A stretch of 64,000 nucleotides of DNA from an uncultured Desulfobacteraceae bacterium (GCA_903839535.1 CAIMCT010000101.1:69-64068); one strand, 5' to 3'; numbered from the stretch's first letter, positions 14,409 through 23,391 are shown. Numbers and translations are program-made. Notes: generated by a model from the sequence alone, not told the origin.

Positions 14409-17084
14409 ATGCCAGCCAAACCCGTATTATACCTGATTGATGCCACTGCCACCATTCACCGGGCCTATCACGCCATTCGGGGGCTATCCACTTCATCGGG
14501 ACTTCCCACAAACGCTGTATTCGGGTTCACCCGAATGCTGATCAAACTCCTTCATGACTGGTCCCCTGAATACATTGCCCTGTGTTTTGACAGCAAGGAA
14601 AAAACTTTCAGGCATGAAATGTACCCGGACTACAAGGCCACTCGCCCACCCATGCCGGAAGACATGCGGCTTCAGCTTCCCTACATTCGGGAAGTGTCTG
14701 AAGGATTCCGGCTTCCAGTCATCGAACTGCCGGGCTTTGAGGCCGATGATCTGATCGGAACCCTGGCTGCCCAGGCGGAAAAGGCCGGTTTTTCGGTGGT
14801 CATGGTCACGGGTGATAAGGATTTTGTTCAGCTTGTGACAGATACCGTTTCGATATGGGATCCCATGAAGGATAAGGTCACGAACCTTGAAGAAGTCCGC
14901 AAGACTTATGCATTGGAACCCGGACAGATCATTGACGTGATGGGGCTTTCGGGAGATACCAGCGACAATGTTCCCGGAGTACCGGGAATCGGCCCCAAAA
15001 CCGCGCTGTCCCTGATTAAAACTTTTGGAAGTATGGCCCAGGTCTATGAGAGAATTGATGAGGTTGCTTCAAAATCTGTTCGTCAGAAGCTGTTCGCCCA
15101 TAAGGAGCAGGCATTTCTCAGCCGGTCCCTGGTAACCATTCAAACTGATGTCCCCCTGTCAGTTCGCCTGGAAGATTTCAAGGCAAACACCCCGGATAAA
15201 GCAGTACTGGCTAAGCTTTTCAAGACTCTGGAATTCCGGCAACTGCAGCAGGAGTACCCGGTTCCTGCAGACTTAACCCGGAAACACTACGCTGCTGTGA
15301 TGTCCATTGAAGAGCTGAATCAACTGGTTTCAAACCTGTCCGGCGCGCAAATTCTTTCCCTGGATACCGAAACTACATCCACAGACCCCATGAAGGCCAA
15401 ACTTGTTGGTCTGTCTTTTTCCGTAAAAGCCGACCACGCATTTTATGTTCCGGTTGGCCATGATTACCCGGAAGCGCCGGCTCAACTGAATATTGATATA
15501 GTTCTGAACGCCATCAAGCCCATACTGGAAAATCCCGCAATTCCCAAACTCGGTCAGAATATCAAATATGACACCATTGTGCTGGCCCGCTACGGCATTT
15601 ACCTGCAAGGGGTTGTTTTTGACGATATGGTGGCCTCTTATCTCATCAACCCATCGCTTAGGGCCCACAGCCTGGATCAGATTGCCCTGGATCACCTCAA
15701 CCATAAAACCATAACCTTTCAGGAAGTCACCGGCAAAGGCGCTCATGCCGGATTTCAGACGGTTCCCATTGAATCTGCGATACAATATGCTTGTGAGGAT
15801 GCTGACATTGCTCTGATGGCAAGAGATGTTCTGCTCCCCAAACTGGAATCCCTAGGTCTGACTAATCTGCTTGAAAGCGTGGAAATCCCCCTGATCGGGG
15901 TGCTGATGCGAATGGAGATGCGCGGGGTCTGTGTTGACTGCGACCGGCTGAGGCTTATGTCCAAATCCTTTGAGGGCCAGCTCTCGGACATCGAAACCCG
16001 GATTTACGCGGCTGCCGGAGAAACCTTCAATATCCAGTCCCATCAGCAGCTTGGACATATCCTGTTTGAAAAACTCAAACTTGATACCAAAAAAAAGACG
16101 AAGAAGAAAACAGGCTATTCAACGGATGTGGATGTATTGAAACAACTTGCTTTCCACCATGAGCTGCCGGATCTCGTTTTGAGGCATCGAACCCTTTCCA
16201 AACTGAAATCCACCTATACAGACGCGCTTCTGGAGATGGTTCACCCGGATACTGGCAGGATTCACACCTCTTACAACCAGACAGTCACCGCCACAGGCAG
16301 GCTTAGCAGCTCGGACCCAAATCTTCAGAACATCCCCATTCGCACCGAAGAAGGCCGGCAGATCCGTAGCGCTTTTATCCCGCAGGAGGGCTGGGTTATG
16401 ATAGCCGCTGATTATTCCCAGATCGAACTCCGGATTCTGGCGCACTATTCAGAAGATTCACTGCTGATTGATGCGTTTATAAAAGATGAAGATATTCATT
16501 CCAGAACCGCCTCAGAGGTCTTCGGTGGACTTCCAGGCATGATGACTCCAGAGCTTCGGCGGCAAGCCAAGATCATCAATTTCGGTATCCTCTACGGCAT
16601 GGGGGCGTTTAGCCTGTCCAAGGAGCTGGGAATCAGCCAGAAAATGGCCAAAGCCTATATTGATCAGTATTTCAAGAGGTATCAGGGCGTTCGGGACTAT
16701 AGCGAGCAAACCATTGCACTGGCCAGGCAAACGCAGAAAACCAGCACGATTCTGGGCAGAATTCGTCTGCTTCCGGACATCAATAGTCAAAACGCCAATG
16801 TCCGGGGTTTTGCAGAAAGGATTGCTGTCAACACCCCGATTCAGGGGACTGCTGCTGATCTGATCAAACTGGCCATGATTCAGATGGATGCCGATTTTTC
16901 CGAAAAAGGCTTCCAGGCCGCCATGCTGATGACGGTTCACGACGAGCTGGTGTTTGAAGTCCCGGAACATGAGATGGAAACAGTTACAACCCGGATCCGG
17001 GACATCATGGAAGGCGTGTGGCCACTGAAAGTACCGCTAAAGGTCAATATCGCCTCTGGAAAGAACTGGGCTGAAGCCCATTAA
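14409..17084 (+). CDS. polA: DNA polymerase I
   Basis: 5'-nuclease N-terminus (PVLYLIDATATIHRAYHA), 3'-5' exonuclease (LSLDTETTS) and polymerase motifs (DYSQIELRILAH, VHDELVFE). Start could also be the ATG at 14346. Confidence 0.95.
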   Translation: MPAKPVLYLIDATATIHRAYHAIRGLSTSSGLPTNAVFGFTRMLIKLLHDWSPEYIALCFDSKEKTFRHEMYPDYKATRPPMPEDMRLQLPYIREVSEGFRLPVIELPGFEADDLIGTLAAQAEKAGFSVVMVTGDKDFVQLVTDTVSIWDPMKDKVTNLEEVRKTYALEPGQIIDVMGLSGDTSDNVPGVPGIGPKTALSLIKTFGSMAQVYERIDEVASKSVRQKLFAHKEQAFLSRSLVTIQTDVPLSVRLEDFKANTPDKAVLAKLFKTLEFRQLQQEYPVPADLTRKHYAAVMSIEELNQLVSNLSGAQILSLDTETTSTDPMKAKLVGLSFSVKADHAFYVPVGHDYPEAPAQLNIDIVLNAIKPILENPAIPKLGQNIKYDTIVLARYGIYLQGVVFDDMVASYLINPSLRAHSLDQIALDHLNHKTITFQEVTGKGAHAGFQTVPIESAIQYACEDADIALMARDVLLPKLESLGLTNLLESVEIPLIGVLMRMEMRGVCVDCDRLRLMSKSFEGQLSDIETRIYAAAGETFNIQSHQQLGHILFEKLKLDTKKKTKKKTGYSTDVDVLKQLAFHHELPDLVLRHRTLSKLKSTYTDALLEMVHPDTGRIHTSYNQTVTATGRLSSSDPNLQNIPIRTEEGRQIRSAFIPQEGWVMIAADYSQIELRILAHYSEDSLLIDAFIKDEDIHSRTASEVFGGLPGMMTPELRRQAKIINFGILYGMGAFSLSKELGISQKMAKAYIDQYFKRYQGVRDYSEQTIALARQTQKTSTILGRIRLLPDINSQNANVRGFAERIAVNTPIQGTAADLIKLAMIQMDADFSEKGFQAAMLMTVHDELVFEVPEHEMETVTTRIRDIMEGVWPLKVPLKVNIASGKNWAEAH

Positions 17085-17103
17085 ATGCTCATAACTCTAC
17101 TTT

Positions 17104-18210
17104 TCATAAAGTAATCAGCGTATAATCCCTTGAACCCAGCCCAATCTTTTCTGCATATTCAAGCTGATAAGGCCAGTCAACTTCCGGATATACACCCCGG
17201 AATTTGTCTTCGCCTGCACCGGTATTTCGGGTTAGACACGACCCAGGGACGGCGGTCTCCTGGTTGACCAGATCAGCAGATGCCTGATCAATAGCAATTG
17301 GGTCTGTGGATGCAGTAAAACCGATATCTCTGACGATGGGCGCATCACTATAGGGATAGCAATCACAGGCAGGGGAAACATTGGTGATAAAATTGACAAA
17401 CAACGTTTTTCCCGTTTTACCTTTCAAAACCCCCATCGTGTATTCCACCATCTTTTCCATAAAAACCGGAACAGCCTGATTCCACTGGATCTGGATTGCC
17501 TCCTGTGCGCAGATCAGAATACATTCGCCGCAACCAATACATTTCTGGGTATCCATGATCGCCTTTTCCTCCACCACGGACAGCGCTTTCTGAGAGCAGT
17601 GGGCAACACAGTCTCCGCACCCGATACATTTTTTTTGCTTGATGGCCGGCGACAGATTGGAATGCTGGGCCAGTTTGCCTTTTCGGGAGGCGCATCCCAT
17701 GCCCAGATTTTTAATGGTTCCGCCAAAACCAGACAGCTCATGACCTTTAAAATGCGCCATTGAAATAATGGCATCCGCCTGTGCAATTTCAGCCCCGACA
17801 TAAACGTGCTGAAAATTTTTCTGAGCAATATCAACTTTAACTTCGCTTTTTCCCCGGAGTCCATCCGCAATTATGATGGGAGCATCCACAGATGCGTAGG
17901 AAAAACCATTTTGAAGGGCAGTCAACAGATGGGACGGTGCATCGCTCCTGCTTCCGGCATACAGGGTATTAGCATCAGTCAGAAAGGGAATTGCGCCTTC
18001 CGCCTTGATCAATTGAACTATTTTCCGAACAAAAACCGACCGAATGAATGCAGTGTTGCCGACTTCTCCGAAATGCAGCTTCACCGCAACCATATCCCTG
18101 GGTTTTACAGCAGCGGCAAGTCCCGCAGTTTGAACCAGCCGCCCGACCTTGTTTACCAGGTTTTCCTTGTGAGTGGACCGAAGGTCTGCAAAATAGACAG
18201 TGCTTTTCAT
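17104..18210 (-). CDS. DUF362-domain protein with two 4Fe-4S ferredoxin motifs
   Basis: N-terminal VYFADLRS...FIRSVFVRKIV pattern of DUF362. CIGCGDCVAHC and CIGCGECILIC clusters. AGGAGG RBS. Confidence 0.8.
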   Translation of the reverse strand: MKSTVYFADLRSTHKENLVNKVGRLVQTAGLAAAVKPRDMVAVKLHFGEVGNTAFIRSVFVRKIVQLIKAEGAIPFLTDANTLYAGSRSDAPSHLLTALQNGFSYASVDAPIIIADGLRGKSEVKVDIAQKNFQHVYVGAEIAQADAIISMAHFKGHELSGFGGTIKNLGMGCASRKGKLAQHSNLSPAIKQKKCIGCGDCVAHCSQKALSVVEEKAIMDTQKCIGCGECILICAQEAIQIQWNQAVPVFMEKMVEYTMGVLKGKTGKTLFVNFITNVSPACDCYPYSDAPIVRDIGFTASTDPIAIDQASADLVNQETAVPGSCLTRNTGAGEDKFRGVYPEVDWPYQLEYAEKIGLGSRDYTLITL

Positions 18211-18322
18211 AATTCCTCCTGTAGTGGTAGATTACATATAACAAAAATCGGGAAGTAGCCATTTTAAAAAGAAGAAAAATCCCTTTTTTAAAACGGCTAC
18301 TGTATATCCGATTTAAGCAGGT

Positions 18323-18428
18323 TATACTGCCAACTGTCACAATCTGCACTTTTGGACCCCCACCCCAACCCTCCCCCGCTGGGAGAGGGAGCATAAGGAA
18401 AGTGCAGATTATGCCCGTTTGCAGTATA
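18323..18428 (-). mobile_element. Repeat family B, copy B1 (MITE-like, inverted arms around a CCCTC..GCTGGGAGAGGG core)
   Basis: Arms TATACTGCCAACTGTCACAATCTGCAC / GTGCAGATTATGCCCGTTTGCAGTATA. The core is the reverse complement of the B2 core. Confidence 0.75.
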
Positions 18429-18458
18429 CTTCCATATACTGGATATAAAATACCCATT

Positions 18459-18495
18459 TTCAATTCACCGCAAAGACGCAAAGTATGCAAAGAAG
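18459..18495 (-). repeat. Repeat family A, partial copy A5 (CTTTGCGTCTTTGCGGTGAATTGAA module, inverted)
   Basis: The reverse complement matches 56297-56320 and the 3' module of A1/A4. Confidence 0.6.
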
Positions 18496-18590
18496 ATCAT
18501 AATTTCATTGAATATTTTCTCTATAATTGCGCCACTACAGAGCATTCAGCGTATTAACGAATAATTGCATTACAAAATAATGAATGCTTG

Positions 18591-18605
18591 TGGCACAACA
18601 ATTGC
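18591..18605 (+). promoter_or_regulatory. Sigma-54 (-24/-12) promoter
   Basis: TGGCAC-AACAA-TTGC matches the TGGCAC-N5-TTGC consensus exactly, about 150 nt upstream of the LTxxQ chaperone gene. Confidence 0.7.
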
Positions 18606-18757
18606 TTTATACCGGGCAGAGTCGTTATGCTGTGAATGGTCATAACTTGCGATTTCGTTATGCACCCTACCCCAGTGGGGGTGAGGGTGAATCGCTTGAT
18701 GGTCTGTGACCTTTTTAGTTTGTGACCTTTTATTTACCAAAAACAAGGGAGGTTGTC

Positions 18758-19204
18758 ATGAAAAAACATTTATTTTCCAGAATGATTGTGGTAGTGGCTG
18801 TGATAGTGCTGATAGGCTCTGGAGTGAATGCCTTTGCTGGAATGGGCAAAAGTGCCGGAAATCCTGGAATGTGTGCCGCCAACGCCAACTTGACCGATGA
18901 CCAGATTAAAAAAATGGAATCGGAGCGAACTGCTTTCCTGCTGGCCACAAAGGATATCCGCCAGCAGATTAATGAAAAGCGGCAGACATTGCAAGCAGAA
19001 CTGACCAAACAGACTCCGGATACATCAACTTGCGCAAGCATTCAAAAGGAAGTCTCCGATCTTCAGTCCCAGTTTGATCAGAAACGTCTGACTCATATTC
19101 TTGAAATGAAAAAAATTGACCCAAATTTTACTGAAGGCAGAGGCATGGGGCATGGCATGGGACATGGAATGGGTGGCCCCTCCGGTGGTGGACCGCCCAA
19201 TTAA
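18758..19204 (+). CDS. Periplasmic Spy/CpxP/ZraP-family (LTxxQ) protein with Gly/His/Met tail
   Basis: Signal peptide. LTDDQ motif. Coiled middle region. C-terminal GMGHGMGHGMGG metal-binding-like repeat. GGGAGG RBS. Confidence 0.75.
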   Translation: MKKHLFSRMIVVVAVIVLIGSGVNAFAGMGKSAGNPGMCAANANLTDDQIKKMESERTAFLLATKDIRQQINEKRQTLQAELTKQTPDTSTCASIQKEVSDLQSQFDQKRLTHILEMKKIDPNFTEGRGMGHGMGHGMGGPSGGGPPN

Positions 19205-19224
19205 GGAATTGCGGAACTCAGATG

Positions 19225-19258
19225 ACAGCATTTCCGAATGCTGTTCCTCTCAATTTTT
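19225..19258 (+). terminator. Rho-independent terminator candidate
   Basis: ACAGCATT-TCCG-AATGCTGT stem-loop (19225-19244), followed 9 nt later by TTTTT. Confidence 0.4.
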
Positions 19259-19324
19259 GATGTGGGAGGGACAGCACTGGACATCGCCCCAATATCCGCC
19301 AAATCTGGAGAAAAGAGAATAACA

Positions 19325-20332
19325 ATGATTTTGTCTTTGGCGCAGAAAGCTGGACAGCGGCTGATGGTAGGTTTTGACGGTAAGGCATTTAACGCAGACC
19401 TGAAATTTTTGATCGGAACCCTGAAAGTTGGCGGCATAATTCTTTTTTCAAGAAACCTGGGGACCCCTGATGATATTCGGCGATTGTGCAACGATGTTCA
19501 GGATTACGCCAGAAGTTCGGGCCAGCCGCCGCTCATGATCGCCATTGATCAGGAAGGCGGACAGGTGGCCCGGCTGAAAGCCCCTTTTTTTTCAGAATTC
19601 CCCGGAAATCCGGCCATAAAAACCAGGGATGCTGCCCTCAATTTTGCCCGTGTTACAGCATCGGAACTCCGTTCCATATGCGTCAACATGAATTATGCCC
19701 CAGTGCTGGATGTAACGCGTCCCGATATCCCGGGCATCATGGATGGAAGGTCGTTTGGAAGTGACCCGCATCGCGTGGCGGCAATTGGAGCCGCCGTTAT
19801 TGAAACGCTTGAAGAAAACGGCATTCTGTCTGTGGCCAAACATTTTCCCGGCATCGGACGAACCGTTCTGGATTCGCACATAGATATTCCCGTAATCAAG
19901 GAAGGCATGGCGGATCTGGAATCCTGTGATCTCATCCCCTTTAAAGCAGCCATAAAAAGTGGGGTCAGCGGCATAATGCTATCCCACATTCTCTACGAAA
20001 AACTGGACAATATCTGGCCTGCCAGCCTCTCAGTTTTCATCGCAAGAGATCTGCTGCGCTCCCGAATGCGATACACGGGTCTGGTGATGACCGATGATCT
20101 GGATATGGGAGCCATTACCAGGCACTATGCGCTGGATGCCGCCGTAGATCAGGCCCTTTCATCTGAAATCGACCAGATACTGATCTGCCACAAGAGCACA
20201 GCCATCGAATCCGCCTTCGAACAGATTCAGAAACGCATTCGGGATAGTGTATCCCTTGATGCCCTCTGCGATCAATCCATACAACGGATCATGGCTGCAA
20301 AAGACAGGATCAGACCCTACGACGGACTATGA
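19325..20332 (+). CDS. nagZ: Beta-N-acetylhexosaminidase (GH3)
   Basis: GGIILFSRN, IDQEGGQVARL, KHFPGIGR and VMTDDLDMGA motifs. Confidence 0.9.
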   Translation: MILSLAQKAGQRLMVGFDGKAFNADLKFLIGTLKVGGIILFSRNLGTPDDIRRLCNDVQDYARSSGQPPLMIAIDQEGGQVARLKAPFFSEFPGNPAIKTRDAALNFARVTASELRSICVNMNYAPVLDVTRPDIPGIMDGRSFGSDPHRVAAIGAAVIETLEENGILSVAKHFPGIGRTVLDSHIDIPVIKEGMADLESCDLIPFKAAIKSGVSGIMLSHILYEKLDNIWPASLSVFIARDLLRSRMRYTGLVMTDDLDMGAITRHYALDAAVDQALSSEIDQILICHKSTAIESAFEQIQKRIRDSVSLDALCDQSIQRIMAAKDRIRPYDGL

Positions 20333-20344
20333 TGTCAACCGATT

Positions 20345-20392
20345 TGGCTTCTGAACCTTTTTGAGCATTTCATGGAGTTTTTCGGCGTTTAT
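20345..20392 (-). pseudogene. 5' fragment (about 16 codons) of a ferredoxin-thioredoxin reductase gene, start codon lost
   Basis: 20352-20392 aligns with 22826-22858 (TGAACCTTTTTGAGCATTTCAT..AGTTTTTCGG). Reads I-NAEKLHEMLKKVQKP versus MNTEKLYEMLKKVQEP of the intact copy, with ATG changed to ATA. Confidence 0.7.
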
Positions 20393-20646
20393 TCCATTCC
20401 AAGCGCCGCCCTGATTTCTTTTTCCTTAAACCCGACAATTACGGTGTTTCCTATGATAACAGTCGGGAACGAACATTTGGGATTGATTTTTTTGACATCT
20501 TCCAGAATTGCGGCCCTTTCCTCACCCTCAAAGGTGTCCACGTCCACAAAGTCATATTGGATGGTACAGTCTGAAAGCATTTTTTTTGTGGATTTGCAAT
20601 GGCTGCAAGTGCTGAGTGAATAAATCTTTACTGTAGGTACTGACAT
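20389..20646 (-). CDS. Glutaredoxin-like protein (CSHC active site)
   Basis: 85 aa. VKIYSLSTCSHCKSTKKML...FPTVIIGNTVIVGF is a thioredoxin-fold pattern. Confidence 0.85.
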   Translation of the reverse strand: MSVPTVKIYSLSTCSHCKSTKKMLSDCTIQYDFVDVDTFEGEERAAILEDVKKINPKCSFPTVIIGNTVIVGFKEKEIRAALGME

Positions 20647-20867
20647 GGGTTTTTCCTTTCATGAATTCGCCCCCATTAGCCATGAGGGAAATGTGATATT
20701 TAGCCATTTATTTATTATATATTCAGTTACTTATTTGGAGCCGTATCCAAAAAAAATACATGACATTGATTGCCGGATAATAACAGATGTAGTTCACAAG
20801 GCTTCGAAACTCTTTTTGTGTGGGTAACCGCCATTCCATATAGCTTGCCGGAGCTGAATTTTCATAT

Positions 20868-20972
20868 ATACTGCGAACTGGCATAATCTGCGCTTTTCAT
20901 AAACTCCCTCTCCCAGCGGGGGAGGGTTGGGGTGGGGGATCAAAAACGTAAAATTATGCCAGTTCGCAGTGT
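20868..20972 (+). mobile_element. Repeat family B, copy B2 (MITE-like)
   Basis: 18-bp perfect terminal inverted repeat ACTGCGAACTGGCATAAT / ATTATGCCAGTTCGCAGT flanking CTCCCTCTCCCAGCGGGGGAGGGTTGGGGTGGGGG. Confidence 0.85.
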
Positions 20973-21014
20973 AGCGATCGCTCTCATGCCATGGTGCCGG
21001 TCCGAACCATTTAA

Positions 21015-21524
21015 TCACTGCTGGTGATATATTTGTCTTAATGTTTCTTCCAGAACAGAAAGCCGTTGCCTGTCTTTGGGATTACTGGACATCCGTTTCA
21101 GTTCAACCAGCATTTTAAGGTCCAGAACTCGAATGATATGACCTCTGAACGGAATTTCCACCGTATGTTCAAGCAGGTCTTCATAGACTTTTCTCTCTTC
21201 GATAAACGCCAGAACATCAACAGGTCCCAATCTGGTCGTAAAAAGATTATGACCCATCTCCGATAAATCGGTTTCCGTTGGCTCAATAACTTTATCATCT
21301 GGCCGACGGTAAATTGCGCCAATTGATTTGAGAAACCCTGTCAACCGGGTGATGTTATCGGAAGAGCGACTGTGAACGATATCCACATCCATTGTTGTAA
21401 CCGGAGAGCCCTGCACAACCGCAGCCAAACCGCCAACAAGAATGAATTCGACACCTGTCTCCGCCAGTCCCTCAAGTAACGTACTGAGATCTGCACCTGC
21501 TGATTTTTTTATTCCTGAAGGCAC
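21015..21524 (-). CDS. Minimal nucleotidyltransferase-fold protein (toxin-antitoxin-like)
   Basis: GGLAAVVQGSPVTTMDVDIV fits the GGxAxxxxGxxRxTxDxD-type minimal NTase signature. Paired with a small upstream ORF. Confidence 0.6.
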   Translation of the reverse strand: MPSGIKKSAGADLSTLLEGLAETGVEFILVGGLAAVVQGSPVTTMDVDIVHSRSSDNITRLTGFLKSIGAIYRRPDDKVIEPTETDLSEMGHNLFTTRLGPVDVLAFIEERKVYEDLLEHTVEIPFRGHIIRVLDLKMLVELKRMSSNPKDRQRLSVLEETLRQIYHQQ

Positions 21525-21669
21525 TTCTTAGCTCCAGAATTGCGCGCACTGCATTATCGTTGGATCGCAACCGTTCCTCTGGCGACATTTTAAGAAACAT
21601 CGCGACCAATCCCTTGTCAACACCAGATAAGTCTTCGCTCTCTATTTTCTGAGCCATAGTATCCATCAT
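21472..21669 (-). CDS. Small partner protein of the nucleotidyltransferase
   Basis: 65-aa ORF overlapping the NTase start by 53 nt. Central MSPEERLRSNDNAVRAILELR. Exact 3' end and overlap are uncertain. Confidence 0.45.
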   Translation of the reverse strand: MMDTMAQKIESEDLSGVDKGLVAMFLKMSPEERLRSNDNAVRAILELRSAFRNKKISRCRSQYVT

Positions 21670-21740
21670 TACCAGATTCCCTTCGAAAAAAGATGGTATG
21701 CTCTTTTGTCGAAGGGAACCTGCAAAAACCTGTAAAATAA

Positions 21741-22370
21741 TTAAAAACTCACAACTATATCCGTATATGATTTACGCCATTTTGGCGGCTGCAACTCCTT
21801 ATCCTTGCGGAAATATCCGACAGCAAGGAGCAGGGGTATCCAGAAATTGTTCGGAATCTGAAATGCTTTTCTCACCCCTTCCACATCAAACCCATCCATA
21901 GGGTGAGTGTCCAGACCCAGATTTTTGGCCGACAGCATCAGGGACATGGCAAAGAATCCCGTGTTCTTACAGGCAAATGCCTGCTGCCGTTCTTCACTTG
22001 CGCCGTACAGGCTGCCGCATGCTCCGAGGAACCATTCCCGCTGCTCGACAGTCATGGCGCCAGTCCTAACCATTTCCTGAAAATTCCGTTCAACAACCGA
22101 ATGGCCTTCCTTCCACCCACTGCGATCAGCAAGCACAATCAACACAACTGGCGCTTCACTGACCTTGGACTGGTTCCATGCCAGCTTTTCCAAACGGCCT
22201 TTGCTTTCCGGCTCCCTTAACACGATCAGGTTCCAGGGCTGAAGATTAAAACTCGATGGAGTATTTGCTGCGGTTTCAACAAGCTCCCGAAGCAACGCAT
22301 CTGAAACAGGCTGTTCAGGATCAAAAAAATTGACTGCCCGACGCCGGTACATAACATCCTTGAAATCCAT
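21741..22370 (-). CDS. Nitroreductase-family protein
   Basis: RRAVNFFDPEQPVSDALLRELVETAANTPSSFNLQPWNLIVL is a typical N-terminus. GAGGAGG RBS. Confidence 0.85.
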   Translation of the reverse strand: MDFKDVMYRRRAVNFFDPEQPVSDALLRELVETAANTPSSFNLQPWNLIVLREPESKGRLEKLAWNQSKVSEAPVVLIVLADRSGWKEGHSVVERNFQEMVRTGAMTVEQREWFLGACGSLYGASEERQQAFACKNTGFFAMSLMLSAKNLGLDTHPMDGFDVEGVRKAFQIPNNFWIPLLLAVGYFRKDKELQPPKWRKSYTDIVVSF

Positions 22371-22528
22371 AACTGCCTCCTCTGGTTAATGGTTAGCTTT
22401 CCGTAACATGAATATGGAAGCTGCTGCAAGATATACCTTGAACTGCCCCAACTTTCTATCCTGTATTTTCCATTATTCTGTCCGTCCTGGCTCAAAGATA
22501 AGACTGGCAACGTTACCTTTTTTCAATA

Positions 22529-22858
22529 CTAAAACATTTTCTCTACGGGTCTGCGTTCCGGAATATATTCGCGGGAGATTTTGCCCTCATTCCATTCCAT
22601 AGACACATAAAGATTGCAGTAACAGCTCCCATAAGCCGCAACATCTTCGCTGCGGTAAACACAGGGGCAGATGATGTCCCTGTCCTTTTCAATGTTTCCC
22701 GAAGACAGGCGGCAGGGGCAGACCATGTACCCATACCGCTCCTTGTTGGCCAGGAGGGCCTTCATCAGATCCGTCACCCTTTCGTTGTCATCGTTGAAAT
22801 AATAGCCTTTTGGCTCCTGAACCTTTTTGAGCATTTCATAAAGTTTTTCGGTATTCAT
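22529..22858 (-). CDS. Ferredoxin-thioredoxin reductase catalytic subunit-like protein
   Basis: CPCR...CPC...CYC cysteine pattern of the FTR catalytic chain. 109 aa. Confidence 0.8.
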   Translation of the reverse strand: MNTEKLYEMLKKVQEPKGYYFNDDNERVTDLMKALLANKERYGYMVCPCRLSSGNIEKDRDIICPCVYRSEDVAAYGSCYCNLYVSMEWNEGKISREYIPERRPVEKMF

Positions 22859-22944
22859 TCGAGCCCAATCGCCTCCTTGTTTTGGGTGGATTTACAGCAG
22901 TTACAGGTGCTAAGTGAATAAATCTTTACTGGAGGTACTGATAT
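22855..22944 (-). pseudogene. Glutaredoxin remnant (internal deletion, start codon lost)
   Basis: Reads I-SVPPVKIYSLSTCNCCKSTQNKEAIGLE-stop. The N-terminal 20 codons and last ~7 codons parallel the intact glutaredoxin (MSVPTVKIYSLSTCSHCKST...KEIRAALGME). ATA replaces ATG. The stop overlaps the FTR start (ATGA). Confidence 0.65.
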
Positions 22945-22968
22945 GGATTTTCCCCCGTTATCAATATA

Positions 22969-23349
22969 TCATCCGTCTGTATAGGTGATTTTGGGAAGGA
23001 TTTCCTCCTGAAACAGTCGGTCCGATTCCATGGCGATGCGCCGGTGAACATCCCGGAAAATTTCCAGCAGATTTATTGCAAAAGGGGTTAACTGAGAGCC
23101 ACCACCTGATGCGCCGCCGATGTTCCGGGTCAAAAGCAGCCGACCCATCCGGTTTTCCGTAGCAGTTATCCTTCCCCATAAGGCCCGATAACTCATTTTC
23201 AGCTCTTTTGCAGCCGCCTGAATCGAGCCATGTCGCTCAATGGCTTCCAACATTTTAAGACGCCCCAGACCAAAGATCACCTCTCCCGAACCGTCTTCGA
23301 ACCATATTTTCGAGCGGATAAAAAATGGACATTTCTTACTTTGTGTCAT
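22969..23349 (-). CDS. ModE-N-terminal-like (LysR-type wHTH) regulator
   Basis: GLGRLKMLEAIERHGSIQAAAKELKMSYRALWGRI is the ModE/MopB-type HTH. 126 aa with no molybdate-binding domain. Confidence 0.7.
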   Translation of the reverse strand: MTQSKKCPFFIRSKIWFEDGSGEVIFGLGRLKMLEAIERHGSIQAAAKELKMSYRALWGRITATENRMGRLLLTRNIGGASGGGSQLTPFAINLLEIFRDVHRRIAMESDRLFQEEILPKITYTDG

Positions 23350-23391
23350 GACAGCCTGGTAAATTCATTGTTTGAAAGTCGTTGATCTATT

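Noticed and set aside
17975-18490. 171-aa minus-strand ORF spanning the DUF362 start region and the intergenic space
   Set aside because: Its middle is the translation of MITE-like element B1 (…LPLPAGEGWGGGP…) and it overlaps the DUF362 gene in another frame.
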